Shown: positions 39,370-50,414, counted from the first letter of the stretch. The stretch is DNA of 53,385 nt from Callorhinchus milii (GCF_018977255.1 NW_024705339.1:1-53385); one strand, 5' to 3'. The notes: generated by a model not told the origin, from the letters alone. A program made the numbers and translations.

Positions 39370-41478
39370 CTGTGTGCGTCTTGTGTGTCTGTGACTGTGG
39401 GGGGCTGAGTGTTGTGTACAACGTCTTGTGTGTCTGTGACTGTGGGGGCTGAGTGCTGTGTACAACGTCTTGTGTGTCTGTGACTGTGGGGGGCTGAGTG
39501 GTGTGTACAACGTCTTGTGTGTCTGTGACTCTGTAGGGGCTGAGTGGTGTGTACAACGTCTTGTGTGTCTGTGACTCTGTGGGGGGCTGAGTGGTGTGTA
39601 CAACGTCTTGTGTGTCTGTGACTCTGTGGGGGCTGAGTGGTGTGTACAACGTCTTGTGTGTCTGTGACTCTGTGGGGGCTGAGTGTTGTGTACAACGTCT
39701 TGTGTGTCTGTGACTCTGTGGGGGGCTGAGTGTTGTGTACAACGTCTTGTGTGTCTGTGACTGTGGGGGGCTGAGTGGTGTGTACAACGTCTTGTGTGTC
39801 TGTGACTCTGTGGGGGGCTGAGTGGTGTGTGTGCGTCTTGTGTGTCTGTGACTCTGTGGGGGGCTGAGTGTGTGTGTACGTCTTGTGTGTCTGTGACTGT
39901 GGGGGGCTGAGTGGTGTGTACAACGTCTTGTGTGTCTGTGACTCTGTGGGGGGCTGAGTGGTGTGTGTGCGTCTTGTGTGTCTGTGACTCTGTGGGGGGC
40001 TGAGTGGTGTGTACAACGTCTTGTGTGTCTGTGACTCTGTGGGGGGCTGAGTGGTGTGTGTGCGTCTTGTGTGTCTGTGACTCTGTGGGGGGCTGAGTGG
40101 TGTGTACAACGTCTTGTGTGTCTGTGACTGTGGGGGGCTGAGTGGTGCGTACAACGTCTTGTGTGTCTGTGACTCTGTGGGGGCTGAGTGTTGTGTACAA
40201 CGTCTTGTGTGTCTGTGACTCTGTGGGGGGCTGAGTGGTGTGTACAACGTCTTGTGTGTCTGTGACTCTGTGTGGGGGGCTGAGTGGTGTGTACAACGTC
40301 TTGTGTGTCTATGACTCTGTGGAGGCTGAGTGGTGTGTACAACGTCTTGTGTGTCTGTGGCTCTGTGGGGGGCTGAGTGGTGTGTGTGTGTCTTGTGTGT
40401 CTGTGACTCTGTGGGGGGCTGAGTGGTGTGTGTGCGTCTTGTGTGTCTGTGACTCTGTGGGGGGCTGAGTGGTGTGTGTGCGTCTTGTGTGTCTGACTCT
40501 GTGGGGGACTGAGTGGTGTGTACAACGTCTTGTGTGTCTGTGACTGTGGGGGGCTGAGTAGTGTGTACAACGTCTTGTGTGTCTGTGACTCTGTGGGGGG
40601 CTGAGTGGTGTGTACAACGTCTTGTGTGTCTGTGACTGTGGGGGGCTGAGTGATGTGTACAACGTCTTGTGTGTCTGTGACTGTGGGGGCTGAGTGGTGT
40701 GTGTGTGTCTTGTGTGTCTGTGACTCTGTGGGGGGCTGAGTGGTGTGTGTGTGTCTTGTGTGTCTGTGACTCTGTGGGGGCTGAGTGGTGTGTGTGCGTC
40801 TTGTGTGTCTGTGACTCTGTGGGGGGCTGAGTGGTGTGTGTGCGTCTTGTGTGTCTGACTCTGTGGGGACTGAGTGGTGTGTACAACGTCTTGTGTGTCT
40901 GTGACTGTGGGGCTGAGTAGTGTGTACAACGTCTTGTGTGTCTGTGACTCTGTGGGGGCTGAGTGGTGTGTACAACGTCTTGTGTGTCTGTGACTGTGGG
41001 GGCTGAGTGATGTGTACAACGTCTTGTGTGTCTGTGACTGTGGGGGGCTGAGTGGTGTGTGTGTGTCTTGTGTGTCTGTGACTCTGTGGGGGCTGAGTGG
41101 TGTGTACAACGTCTTGTGTGTCTGTGACTCTGTGGGGGCTGAGTGGTGTGTACAACGTCTTGTGTGTCTGTGACTCTGTGGGGGGCTGAGTGGTGTGTAC
41201 AACGTCTTGTGTGTCTGTGACTCTGTGGGGGGCTGAGTGGTGTGTGTGTGTCTTGTGTGTCTGTGACTCTGTGTGGGGGGCTGAGTGGTGTGTACAACGT
41301 CTTGTGTGTCTGTGACTCTGTGGGGGGCTGAGTGGTGTGTACAACGTCTTGTGTGTCTGTGACTGTGGGGGGCTGAGTGGTGTGTACAACGTCTTGTGTG
41401 TCTGTGACTCTGTGGGGGGCTGAGTGGTGTGTACAACGTCTTGTGTGTCTGTGACTCTGTGGGGGGCTGAGTGGTGTG
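39370..41478. repeat. Minisatellite, ~43-47-bp unit GGGGGCTGAGTGGTGTGTACAACGTCTTGTGTGTCTGTGACTCTGTG, about 45 copies
   Basis: Directly visible; accounts for the 845, 752, 375 and 310 aa ORFs. Confidence 0.97.
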
Positions 41479-41590
41479 TGGTGCTGGCCACCCCCACCCC
41501 TTCGTGCGCCGTTTCGGCCTCCATAGGTGCTACTCGGTAACAGCACTTGCCCCAAAAGACTGTTGAAGGCTGTACGGGGGATCTTTGTCT
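41478..41590 (+). mobile_element. SINE family A 3' fragment abutting the minisatellite
   Basis: GTGGTGCTGGCCACCC...GGTAACAGCACTTGCCC...GGCTGTACGGGGG. Confidence 0.65.
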
Positions 41591-42423
41591 TTGTGTGTGT
41601 TTAGCAGCAGCAGCAGCCACCTGATGATCGCTGCCCGTGCCCTCGAGAGGAAGGCACCCGGGTGAGGAGGGGGAGGAGGAGGAGGGAGCCGCTCCCACCC
41701 AGGGACCCACCCAGGGACCCAGCCCCACACAGATCTCGATCCAGTCCACGGGACAGGCTCGCCACATCACTCTTACGACGACGCTGATGCATTCGAGATT
41801 CTAGACACTGATGCAGCCACCACGCGCCCACCCCCAAAGACGCCACTTGCGACTGCCACTGCTGTCCACACCGCGTGCCGCACCAGGGAGATCCGCCACC
41901 GGGGGTTGGGGTAGCCCCCCTCGGCTTGAGATGGGACGGAAGTTGCTTCGAGCTGTAGAGAGAGTCAAGAAAAGGTCTCCCCGTGTAGTTCGCACACAGG
42001 CTGCTGCTGAAGCAAGTGCTGCCAGCGGCGATGAAGGCCGGGACGGCACCGACATGAGGCGGTGTTGGAACAGCTTCACGCCCCGGTCGCATTTGTCTCT
42101 CTCGCAGTGCTGATGTTTACACGCCACAGCAGCAGCAGCAGCCACTCGCTTAAAGCGGAGTCTCCCTCGAGTATAACCCAACTCTGTAATACACAACACA
42201 GAATACACACTCGCCTCTTGCAGAGGGCAGCTAAACAGACAATAGGCACGTATAAAGATAAAATAATGAATTAAATACTAGCATACGACGTTTCGTGACT
42301 TTACCGAAAGAACCAAAGAGTTATTCCTGCAGTGACGAAAGCTCCAAATTAAGTTTAGACAACAGGCACACACACACTGACACACACCCACAGCTTACAT
42401 CATGGAACAACAATCTTCATTGT

Positions 42424-42437
42424 CCACTAGGTGGCGC
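42424..42437 (+). promoter_or_regulatory. CTCF-like motif CCACTAGGTGGCGC (second copy CCACTAGGTGGCG at 38664-38676)
   Basis: Close match to the canonical CTCF core CCAC(C/T)AG(G/A)(G/T)GGCGC; sequence match only. Confidence 0.4.
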
Positions 42438-42624
42438 GGACGTCATCACTTTGAGGCGAGGTGAAGAAGGGTCGAAGGCTCGCTGGATAGAGCCAGGTGC
42501 CATGGGTTGGCTGCTGTGCCAGGCTAGGTGCAGGAGGAGGAGGCCACGAGACAGACCCATGTGCCATGGGTTGACTGAGATGACTGGCAGATGCACCAAC
42601 TTTGCCCCACATACAAATATAAAT

Positions 42625-42870
42625 ATCTCCCTTATAGCCTTAACAGACTGTTGGGGCAAATGCTGTTAGCGAGCACCGATGAAGACTGGCACGGCACACG
42701 AGGGGGTGGGTGGCCAGCACCACGCCCAGTCGCCTTTGTCTCCCTAGTGGCGCACCAGTTACTCATTTGAGACTGAAGAGGCCCAGGACCAGTTTAGACA
42801 ATCGTCACTGATGTTGGGGGAATCGAACTCTGGTCGCCAGGTTCGTAGCACAACATGCAAACCGCTACAC
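42625..42870 (-). mobile_element. SINE family A copy
   Basis: Reverse complement of the family A head, core and tail. Confidence 0.7.
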
Positions 42871-42947
42871 TACTGCCCATACACGTGCATACACACACAC
42901 ACGTGCACACACGCGGCTGAGCCTGTGTCCTGTACCTCCTTCCCCAG

Positions 42948-43081
42948 GGGGAGCGGGGGTTCCCGGATCCTCGGGCCCCCCAGGCCCCACCGGCCTAATG
43001 GGACCCGCGGGGTCCAGCGGGTTTCCTGGAGAGAGGGGCGACCCAGGCCGCCAAGGTCCAATGGGACCCAAGGGGGACCAG
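42948..43081 (+). CDS. Collagen Gly-X-Y exon ([45 protein letters not shown], restoring one missing base)
   Basis: ccccag acceptor, gtttgt donor; 134 bp, one short of 135. Confidence 0.85.
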
Positions 43082-43584
43082 GTTTGTTGCGAGGGGCCTC
43101 ATGGCTCCGTGTCCCCACATCTAATCCTGTAGCTTGGCCTTGTTTAAAGGGGGGGCGGGTGGTCAGGCAAACCCTCAGGGGGAGGTGGAGAGGAAGACTC
43201 AGGCTAGGGGGGGTGCAGCAGGAGCATAAGCCAGCAGGGGGGCAGCGGGGGCCTTGCCCCCCCCTGGTGGTCAAAGCTACGAGTTGGGGAGGCCCCCTTG
43301 ACAAGCACTATGAGATTTGTTTTCAACAACATTGTAAAAGAACAACGTATTTAAACGCAGTTTTTGTTTTTATGAAAATGCTTTCATTTACGTTCCACGT
43401 AACGTTTGGCTTCACATCTTTGTTTCTACGTTGTAATCACACTGAAACCAGCTAGGTAAGCAGAACCTTTCCTTCCGGGTTGGGGCGAATAGGGAGTGCG
43501 ACCATGCGAGACAAATCCAATTTTAAAACCCCACCTGACCGATTGCTGCACCTCCCGAGCTGACAATGTCGTTACCACGCCACT

Positions 43585-43735
43585 GGGATGCAGTGGTGAC
43601 ACTCGCGCCTCGCAGCGAGAAGCACCGGTGTTCAATTCCCGACTCGGGTGCCTCTCTGTGGTCGAGTTTGTAGTTCTCTCTCCCCCTGTTCTGCGTGGGT
43701 TTCCTCCTTCCATAGCTAAATCCACACACACAGTG
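43585..43735 (+). mobile_element. SINE family B (V-SINE-like) copy
   Basis: GTTCAATTCCC B-box and CTGCGTGGGTTTCCTCC core. Confidence 0.6.
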
Positions 43736-44231
43736 GAACTGGTGTTGGCCAAAACAGCATCCCAATGTTGAGCAAGCCCTTGCAAGTGACTCATTTGGAA
43801 TCACACAGCAGCAACAGCAGCAAACATCGCTTCCTGCTGCTAGCAACGCATTTGGCAGGACCCTCCTGAATAGGAGTCTTGAGATTCGATGAGGCTCTGC
43901 TGGCTGAACAGTTGCAACGATCGGAGCCAACTTTGCCCCCGGTTACTCCGCACGGCCCGTGATGCTCTTCCTGGGTTAATTCGGCTGCTCTGCGGAGCCG
44001 CCACATTGAGAGGCATCGGCACTCCATCTCATGTTCACATCCCCGCACGGCCAATGGTGGAAACTCCACGTTCCTATGACCAGGACGTACGGCGACTGCT
44101 GTTGACCTCCTGCAAAGCTGAGCTCGTTTGGGACGCGGCCTCTGAGTAGGGAAGGTGAGATGTTAACAGTGAGGCCGGGGGCTGTCTGAACTCACTTGCT
44201 GAGTGCCGCATCTCTTGCTCCCTGTGCGCAG

Positions 44232-44274
44232 GGGTTCCGGGAGTTCCCGGTTCATGGGAGGAGATGGAACCCCG
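44232..44274 (+). CDS. Collagen Gly-X-Y exon (approximately GVPGVPGFMGGDGTP; indels)
   Basis: gcgcag acceptor, gtgagg donor; 43 bp, two short of 45. Confidence 0.6.
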
Positions 44275-45204
44275 GTGAGGAGGTCCACGTAAACTTCATC
44301 GCTGTCTCATCATCGTCAGCATCATCAATTTACATCCACATTGCCGTCAATACCAACATTACCACCATCATTCATCACCTTCACCAGTGCTGTCATCGCC
44401 ACTTCACCAACCTCATCTGTATCATCATTACGATCACCACGCATGTGATCCAGCACTGTGGAGGCAGCAGCGAGGGTTTGTGGATCACGCACAGATGGTA
44501 TGAAACTCCCTTCCCATGGGCATCGAGGAGGAGCCGTACCCTGGCTCGCCAGGAGAAGGCGGTACAGCAAATATGTGGACTCCCCTGTCCCGTCTTTCCG
44601 GGATAGAGCGTTTCCCCCTTGCATGTGCGGTTTTCACCGGGTGCTCCGCTTTCCTACCACTCATCAATCAGCCACAAACAGAATCAGAATCAGAAACGGG
44701 TTTAATCGCCATGTAAGTTCGCACAGACAAGGAATTCACTATGGCTGGACGGTGCATACATTTAACAATTAGGAATCTTAAAAACTTATATAAAAGGTAT
44801 ACACTCTAACTATACTAACGTCACAAAGTTTAAGTAATACTAAAGGGCTAAAATCTATACAATTATGAATAAGTAGACCTTATAAAATGCGAAGTGTAAA
44901 ATGTTAATTAGCCGTATTAAACAATCTTAAAATACAAAATACAAATAAGATTACACGTTGTAAGTATGGAAAGGTGTAATTATGTAGATAAAATGTTATA
45001 GTAAGTGTAACAGTCACCTTGACACAGAGAGAGGACGACAGAGGTTGGGGAATTGCTGGCAGTGCCGTCTGCTCACCACGTGGCTGCTACTGCTGCATTC
45101 CCACTCATCTGTGGCTCCTCCTGGCGCCTCTGACTCGTCGCCTCTCTTCAAGAGCGAGCCGGCACAGTGCGGCGTCGCATTCTAATTTGACATCACAAGG
45201 ACGG

Positions 45205-45418
45205 AGGTGGTGGAGGAGGTGGTGATGGGGAAGGTAATGGGATCATGAAGGAGGTGGTGATGGAGGAGGTGGTGATGGGGAAGGTAATGGATCATGAAGG
45301 AGGTGGTGATGGAGGAGGTGATGAAGGAGGAGGTGGTGATGGAGGAGGAGGTGATGGAGGAGGTGGTGATGGGAACGTAATGGATCATGAAGGAGGTGGT
45401 GATAGAGGAGGTGGCGAT
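45205..45418. repeat. (GGA/GGT/GAT)n simple repeat
   Basis: Visible repetition of GGAGGTGGTGAT. Confidence 0.85.
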
Positions 45419-45437
45419 GTGCTCTCTGGCTGCGCAG

Positions 45438-45552
45438 GGTTTGCCAGGGGAGCTGGGGAAGCGGGGCCCCCAGGGTCTGGGGCCCCCGGGGGCCGCGGGG
45501 CGAACCCGGCCTGGGCGGGGGGCCTGGGCAACCGGGGCAGCCGGGGTTCCCG
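45438..45552 (+). CDS. Collagen Gly-X-Y exon (GLPGELGKRGPQGLGPPG...GEPG...GQPGQPGFP)
   Basis: gcgcag acceptor, gtgagt donor; internal frameshift in a G run. Confidence 0.8.
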
Positions 45553-45619
45553 GTGAGTCCTCCCACGCCACTCCGCCACCCCCCAGCCTGTCCATCATAT
45601 GATACCTGCCCCCGCTTTC

Positions 45620-45935
45620 ATCACGGTGGCGAGATGTTAACCACCTCGCCCGGTATACAGGAGGTCGTGGATTCGATCCCGACCCTGACGCCTGCGGAAT
45701 ATTTGAAGTTTGCGTGTCTCTCCTCGCGGTCGTGTGGATTTTACTCTGGTCCTCTGGTTTTTCCCTCAACTTTTAAAATTAATGTGCATTTAGATTATTT
45801 GGCTGGTGTAAATGTCTACACGAGAAGACTATTTGGCTGGTATAGATGTCTACGCGATGAGACACTTCGTTGAGCTATCATTTGTAGACCGGTCACTTAT
45901 GAAAAATAACTAGAAAGCCCAGTGGGCCATACCTG
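45620..45935 (+). mobile_element. SINE family B copy
   Basis: Similar to 36355-36640 along its length. Confidence 0.6.
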
Positions 45936-46014
45936 GTATAACCAAACATATTTTTATAGGTTCACCTATCAATCAGATATTCCTCATTGGGGGTCGCTGT
46001 CTCTCCATCCGCAG

Positions 46015-46083
46015 GGGTTCCCCGGAGCAAAAGGGATCAAAGGGGACACAGCTTCAATCCCGCCGGGTCTGATCGGACCCCCG
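46015..46083 (+). CDS. Collagen exon with a triple-helix interruption (GFPGAKGIKGDTASIPPGLIGPP), type IV-like
   Basis: ccgcag acceptor, gtaatg donor; intact 69 bp. Confidence 0.85.
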
Positions 46084-46119
46084 GTAATGGACCCCAAACC
46101 TACCATCCCGAGTCCTTGA

Positions 46120-46498
46120 ATGTCACCTGTGTGTATATGTGTGTGTCACCTGTGTGTGTGACGTGTGTGTCTGTGTGTGTGACGTGTGTGTGTGTCGCCT
46201 GTGTGTGTGACGTGTGTGTGTCGCTCTGTGTGTGTGCGTGTCGCTCTGTGTGTGTGTCACTCTCTGTGTGTGTGTCACCGGTGTGCATCACCTTTGTGTG
46301 TTTGTCACTGTGTGTGCAATGTGTGTGTATCACCTCTGTGTGTGTGTCACCTATGTGTGTATCGCCTCTGTGTGTGTCACCTGTGTGTGTGTGTATCACC
46401 TCTGTGTGTGTGTCACCTGTGTGTGTATCACCTCTGTGTGTTTGTCACCTGTGTGTGTATCACCTCTGTGTGTTTGTCACCTGTGTGTGTGTGCGTGT
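46120..46498. repeat. GT-rich intronic tandem repeat (TCACCTGTGTGTG)
   Basis: Visible repetition. Confidence 0.9.
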
Positions 46499-46512
46499 TA
46501 TTGGATCCGCAG

Positions 46513-46548
46513 GGTGATTCTGGATTTCCTGGGCGCGATGGCGAGCAG
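46513..46548 (+). CDS. Collagen exon (GDSGFPGRDGEQ)
   Basis: ccgcag acceptor, gtaatg donor; intact 36 bp. Confidence 0.8.
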
Positions 46549-46691
46549 GTAATGCAGGACAGGGAGCCCCCACCTACCTGGAGCCCCCACAGACCATCCC
46601 ACGTTATCGCATCTCAGCAAATTGCATAGACACAAAGACACAGAGACACATGGCAATATAGACACAGAGATACACGGGACCCTCTCCTCAC

Positions 46692-46734
46692 CTTCCTCCC
46701 AGGTACCCCTCTGGGCCGGTGGCCCCGGTGCGCC
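46692..46734 (-). CDS. Collagen exon (GAPGPP...; indels)
   Basis: Minus-strand gtgcag acceptor and gtgagg donor; 43 bp. Confidence 0.65.
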
Positions 46735-46822
46735 CTGCACACACACAGCACAGGAACGAGTGAGCAGTGCACCACCTTGAGCGGCGTGTTAGCGTAGGGT
46801 GGGGGAGGGTGGGGCGTCTCAC

Positions 46823-46886
46823 CGTAGCGAACCCGGCCGCCCGGAAATCCCGGATCCCCTGGCTCACCAGAGAAGCCCGACTGCCC
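46823..46886 (-). CDS. Collagen exon (GQSGFSGEPGDPGFPGG...)
   Basis: Minus-strand ctgcag acceptor and gtgaga donor. Confidence 0.8.
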
Positions 46887-47253
46887 CTGCAGCACACGGC
46901 ACAGACACGGCAGCCATGCCCAGGCGGGAGGTGAACCTCGCCTCCGGGAGTCGGGGTGAGGGAGGAGGGCGGCGGAGAGGAGGGTGCCTCTGTGTGATTG
47001 TTTCAGGTGAGGTGGTATGTGCTGCGAGTGTCTCTTGTGTGTGCGTGTATAGTGTTAGGGCTTGTATCGGCTGTGTGCCAGCTGTGTTGCAAGGTGTGCG
47101 TGCCAGGTACGTGCCAAGGTGTGCCAGGTCTGTGCCAGGTGCGTGCCAGGGGCGTGCCAAGGGTGTGCCAGGGGCGTGCCAGGTGTGCATGGCAGTGTGT
47201 GCGAGGTGCCGGAGTCGGTGGTGTCGCTGCGTGGAGAGGGGAGGGTCACTCAC

Positions 47254-47305
47254 TCTGGGCCCTGGTGGACCCTGTTCCCGCCACGCGCCGGGTCCCCGGG
47301 TCACC
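47254..47305 (-). CDS. Collagen exon (GDPG...EQGPPGPR; indels)
   Basis: Minus-strand ttccag acceptor and gtgagt donor; 52 bp, two short of 54. Confidence 0.7.
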
Positions 47306-48272
47306 CTGGAACAAACAGAGTGATGTGTCAGGGTAAGGGTTAGACTCAGGGTTAGGGTCAGGGTTAGAGTCAGAATTATGGTCAGAATTAGGGTTAGGAT
47401 GAGGGTTACGAGTCAGGGCTAGTTCAGGGCCAGGTTTAGAGTCAGCATCAGGATGAGGCTCTCTGCTGAGCACACAAAAAAGATACAACGGCAAGGATCC
47501 CCTGTAGAGCCTCCAGAGACTTGTGGGTAACGCAGACACAAGCATATGCGTGCGCACACACACACACACACAAAGATCCCCCATATAGTTGAAGGTACCC
47601 AATGGGTTCTCCCTTATCTCCAGTTGTAGCCAATGTTTTCATAGAAATTTTGAGACAGATACCATCCAGGCATCCACTCTACGTCCGTCCTTGTGGAAGA
47701 GATACGTAGATGACACGTTCGTCATCTGGCCACATGGCCGACCAGCTCTGAACCAATTCCTCAACCACATCAATTGCATACACCCAGCCATGAAATTCAC
47801 CACGGAGGTGGAAAAGGATGTCAAGTTACCATTCTTGGATATTTTAATCGAAAGACCAGATGGCTCAATGGGACACTGTCTACAAGAACGTCACCCATAC
47901 GATGCCTATCTAAACCGACTCCCACCACCATCCATCCAGAAGAATTCTGTCATCAAAACTCTACACCATAGAGCTCGATGTTTTTCCGACCGTCATCACC
48001 TAGCCAGTGAACTGGAACACGTACACCAGGCTCTCAAGATGTATGGATATTCGGACTACACGATCCGTAAAGCTATCACCCCAAACGTTGGGAAAGAACC
48101 ATCTGAGGACCCAATCAAAACCATCACCTTGCCAAAGATTTCCAAAATCATGAGCAAACACAAGATCCAGGTTCGATTTAACACAGTACATAAAATTCAT
48201 GATCTGATCCCATCTGTGAAGAATGTGATCCTGATATGCAATACCCCGGCGTCTACAAACTAAGCTGTGCCT

Positions 48273-48654
48273 TCTTCTTGTTCTTTCGGTAAAGTCACGT
48301 AGAAGGGAAGTAATAAAATAATAAGAATAAAACATAATAAAATAATTCTCACGACGTTTCGGCTACAACGCAAGCAGCCGTCTTCAGGTGAAGAATGAGA
48401 CACTTAACAAAAGAATGTGCATATCTTTTGTTAAGGCGCTCTTCTTCCACCTCCAACCAGCTTATATATAAGCTCCAAGCTTGGCAGTGTCTCATTCTTC
48501 ACCTGAAGACGGCTGCTTGCGTTGTAGCCGAAACGTCGTGAGAATTATTTTATTATGTTTTATTTTTATTATTTATTACTTCCCTTCTACGTGACTTTAC
48601 CAAAAGAACCAAGAAGATGAATCCCTGCAGTCACGAAAGCTTTAAATCGAAATT
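48273..48654 (+). mobile_element. Nested non-autonomous fold-back element (Penelope pLTR-derived) with 12-bp TSD TAAGCTGTGCCT
   Basis: TSD at 48261-48272 and 48655-48666; near-perfect inverted arms at ~48273-48404 and ~48486-48616. Confidence 0.88.
48494..48545 (+). ncRNA. Minimal type I hammerhead ribozyme (inverted copy on the minus strand at ~48344-48396)
   Basis: Stem I ATTCTTCAC/GTGAGAAT, core CTGAAGA, stem II CGGCTGC/GTAGCCG, GAAAC and GTC cleavage site. Confidence 0.8.
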
Positions 48655-49349
48655 TAAGCTGTGCCTGCGGCAGTAGTTACATTGGGGAAACTTAAGCGAC
48701 ATGTCTCGGACTGCGTTCGTGAACATACGGCAGATCTGAAACTCAGTAGGACCAATAACTTGGCCGTGGCTGATAATTGTTTTAATGCGGTGGGCTCACA
48801 TGAAATTGATTTCTCTAAGACGAAGGTACTTTGCAAGCCCACTGGCTATCAACAAAGATTCGTTCATGAAGCTATCCATATATATAGACACAATTTCAAC
48901 CGAGAAGATGGGTACAAACTGAGCAATCATTGGAAGGACGTTATCAACCAGTTTAAGTCATAATTGACTATGATGTCCCATTCTACCACTTTCCGATGTT
49001 AGTTGTGCTTTACACCCATTTCAAACTTGCGCTTTCACAGGGTTCACACCAACACAGTCTCTTCGCGCGCGACCCCTTGGTTGCAGCTCTGCGATACTCC
49101 CATTAACATGCTAATCTCTCATTAACATGCTAATCTCCCATTAACACGCTAATCTCCATTAACATGCTAATCTCCCATTAACATGCTAATCTCTCATTAA
49201 CATGCTAATTTTCACCTGGCAGCCCTTTGATTGGTGGAAAACCAACCACCGTCGGATTGGCTGTCCCCCACTTACATTATCATTGGCTGCTGACATTTGG
49301 GCTACGTCCATTTCAAATCTATATAAACAGTTTGCCTTGAAGCTAACCC

Positions 49350-49393
49350 CTTTTCCTGAAGACGACCGCTCGTTCGCGATCGAAACGTCGAAG
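49350..49393 (+). ncRNA. Minimal hammerhead motif in the Penelope 3' terminal region
   Basis: TTTC-CTGAAGA-CGACCGC(tcgttc)GCGATCG-AAAC-GTC-GAAG. Confidence 0.7.
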
Positions 49394-49447
49394 TTTTTTG
49401 TTATTTTCTTTCAACTACCTACGTGACTTTACCGAAAGACCCAAGAA

Positions 49448-49725
49448 TATCCCCCGTGTAGCCTGAACAGACGGTTGGGGCAAGTGCTGTTAGCGAGCAC
49501 CTTTGAAGGCCCGCACAGCACACGAGGGGTGGGTGGCTAACACCACGCCCGCCGCCTTTGTTCCCGGGTGGCGATGTTACACATCCCACCAGGTACTCAT
49601 TTGAGGCTGAGTCGACCTAGGGGCCAGGACTGGTTCAGGTATTCGTCACTAGTGTTGGCCGTAAGCAGGAATCGACTCGGGTCACTGAGTTCGTAGCGCA
49701 GCGCGTTCACTGCTACACTACCCAC
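49448..49725 (-). mobile_element. SINE family A, near full length
   Basis: Reverse complement has A/B-box-like TAGTGTAGCAGTG and GAGTCGATTCC plus the GGTCGACTCAGCCTCAAATGAGTACC core. Confidence 0.75.
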
Positions 49726-49761
49726 TACACACGCACACACACGTGTGTGTGTGTGCGTTAC

Positions 49762-49842
49762 CTTCTCTCCCTTGGTGAGTGGCTGTGGTGGAGGCTGCAC
49801 CAGCCGAGAGAAGCCTTTGGGTCCCGGAAACCCAACGTCTCC
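49762..49842 (-). CDS. Collagen exon with interruption (GDVGFPGPKGFSRLVQPPPQPLTKGEK), type IV-like
   Basis: cctcag acceptor, gtaacg donor; intact 81 bp. Confidence 0.85.
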
Positions 49843-50379
49843 CTGAGGGCACCGTCATCAACAAGACCGACGTCGTCATCATCAATATCATCATCAGTAG
49901 CAACGTCATCACTATCAGCAGCAGCGAGATGAGCTGCTGCTGATGTAATCCTCACAGCGGCTTTGGAAAGCCAAAGAATGGTCGCCGCATCGCGTGCTTT
50001 TGATGCGCTTCTGCGCCCTTCCGGAATGCTCTTCTTTCCGATATTAGGAAGCCACTGGAGCTGTTGACTTTGAAATCTAGATTAAACACGAATTTGTTAG
50101 TTTGTTGTCCTTTCCCCGCAACTCCAATTAGCAGTTGGCTACGTACAGTGCGAAAGAAGTTCAACATACACACGAGCGGTGTCTGTGCGTGCGCCGTACC
50201 GCATCTCCACGCTCCCCTCTCAGCCCGGGGACGTCGTCTCCTGCACAACCACGGACACGGCCAACATCAACTATCACCATCATCCCACAGCGACCCCCAC
50301 ACACACACAGCAACGCTAACCCAACCTCCACTGCCCACACCCACCACCTAACCCCACCGGGGTGTCTGACCCAACTCAC

Positions 50380-50414
50380 CGGGTCTCCTGGGGCACCGGG
50401 GCGTCTGCAGAGCC
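50380..50414 (-). CDS. Collagen exon (approximately GSAGRPGAPGDP)
   Basis: ccccag acceptor, gtgagt donor; 35 bp, one short of 36. Confidence 0.7.

Larger units (their letters stand above)
47589..49450 (+). mobile_element. Decayed Penelope-like retroelement (RT, GIY-YIG endonuclease and 3' pLTR region), interrupted by a nested insertion
   Basis: RT motifs WKRYVDDTFVIW, MKFTTEVE, LPFLDILI; GIY-YIG split as PGVYKLSCA (48245-48271) and CACGSSYIGET (from ~48660); C-terminal EAIHI...NFNREDG; 19-bp TTAACATGCTAATCTCCCA repeats and a hammerhead motif in the 3' region. Confidence 0.9.

Noticed and set aside
39233..41770. 845, 752, 375 and 310 aa ORFs
   Set aside because: They are translations of a stop-free minisatellite open in all three minus frames; no coding evidence.
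42865..43071. Minus-strand Gly/Pro-rich ORF resembling collagen
   Set aside because: Antisense shadow of the plus-strand collagen exon, which has proper splice sites.
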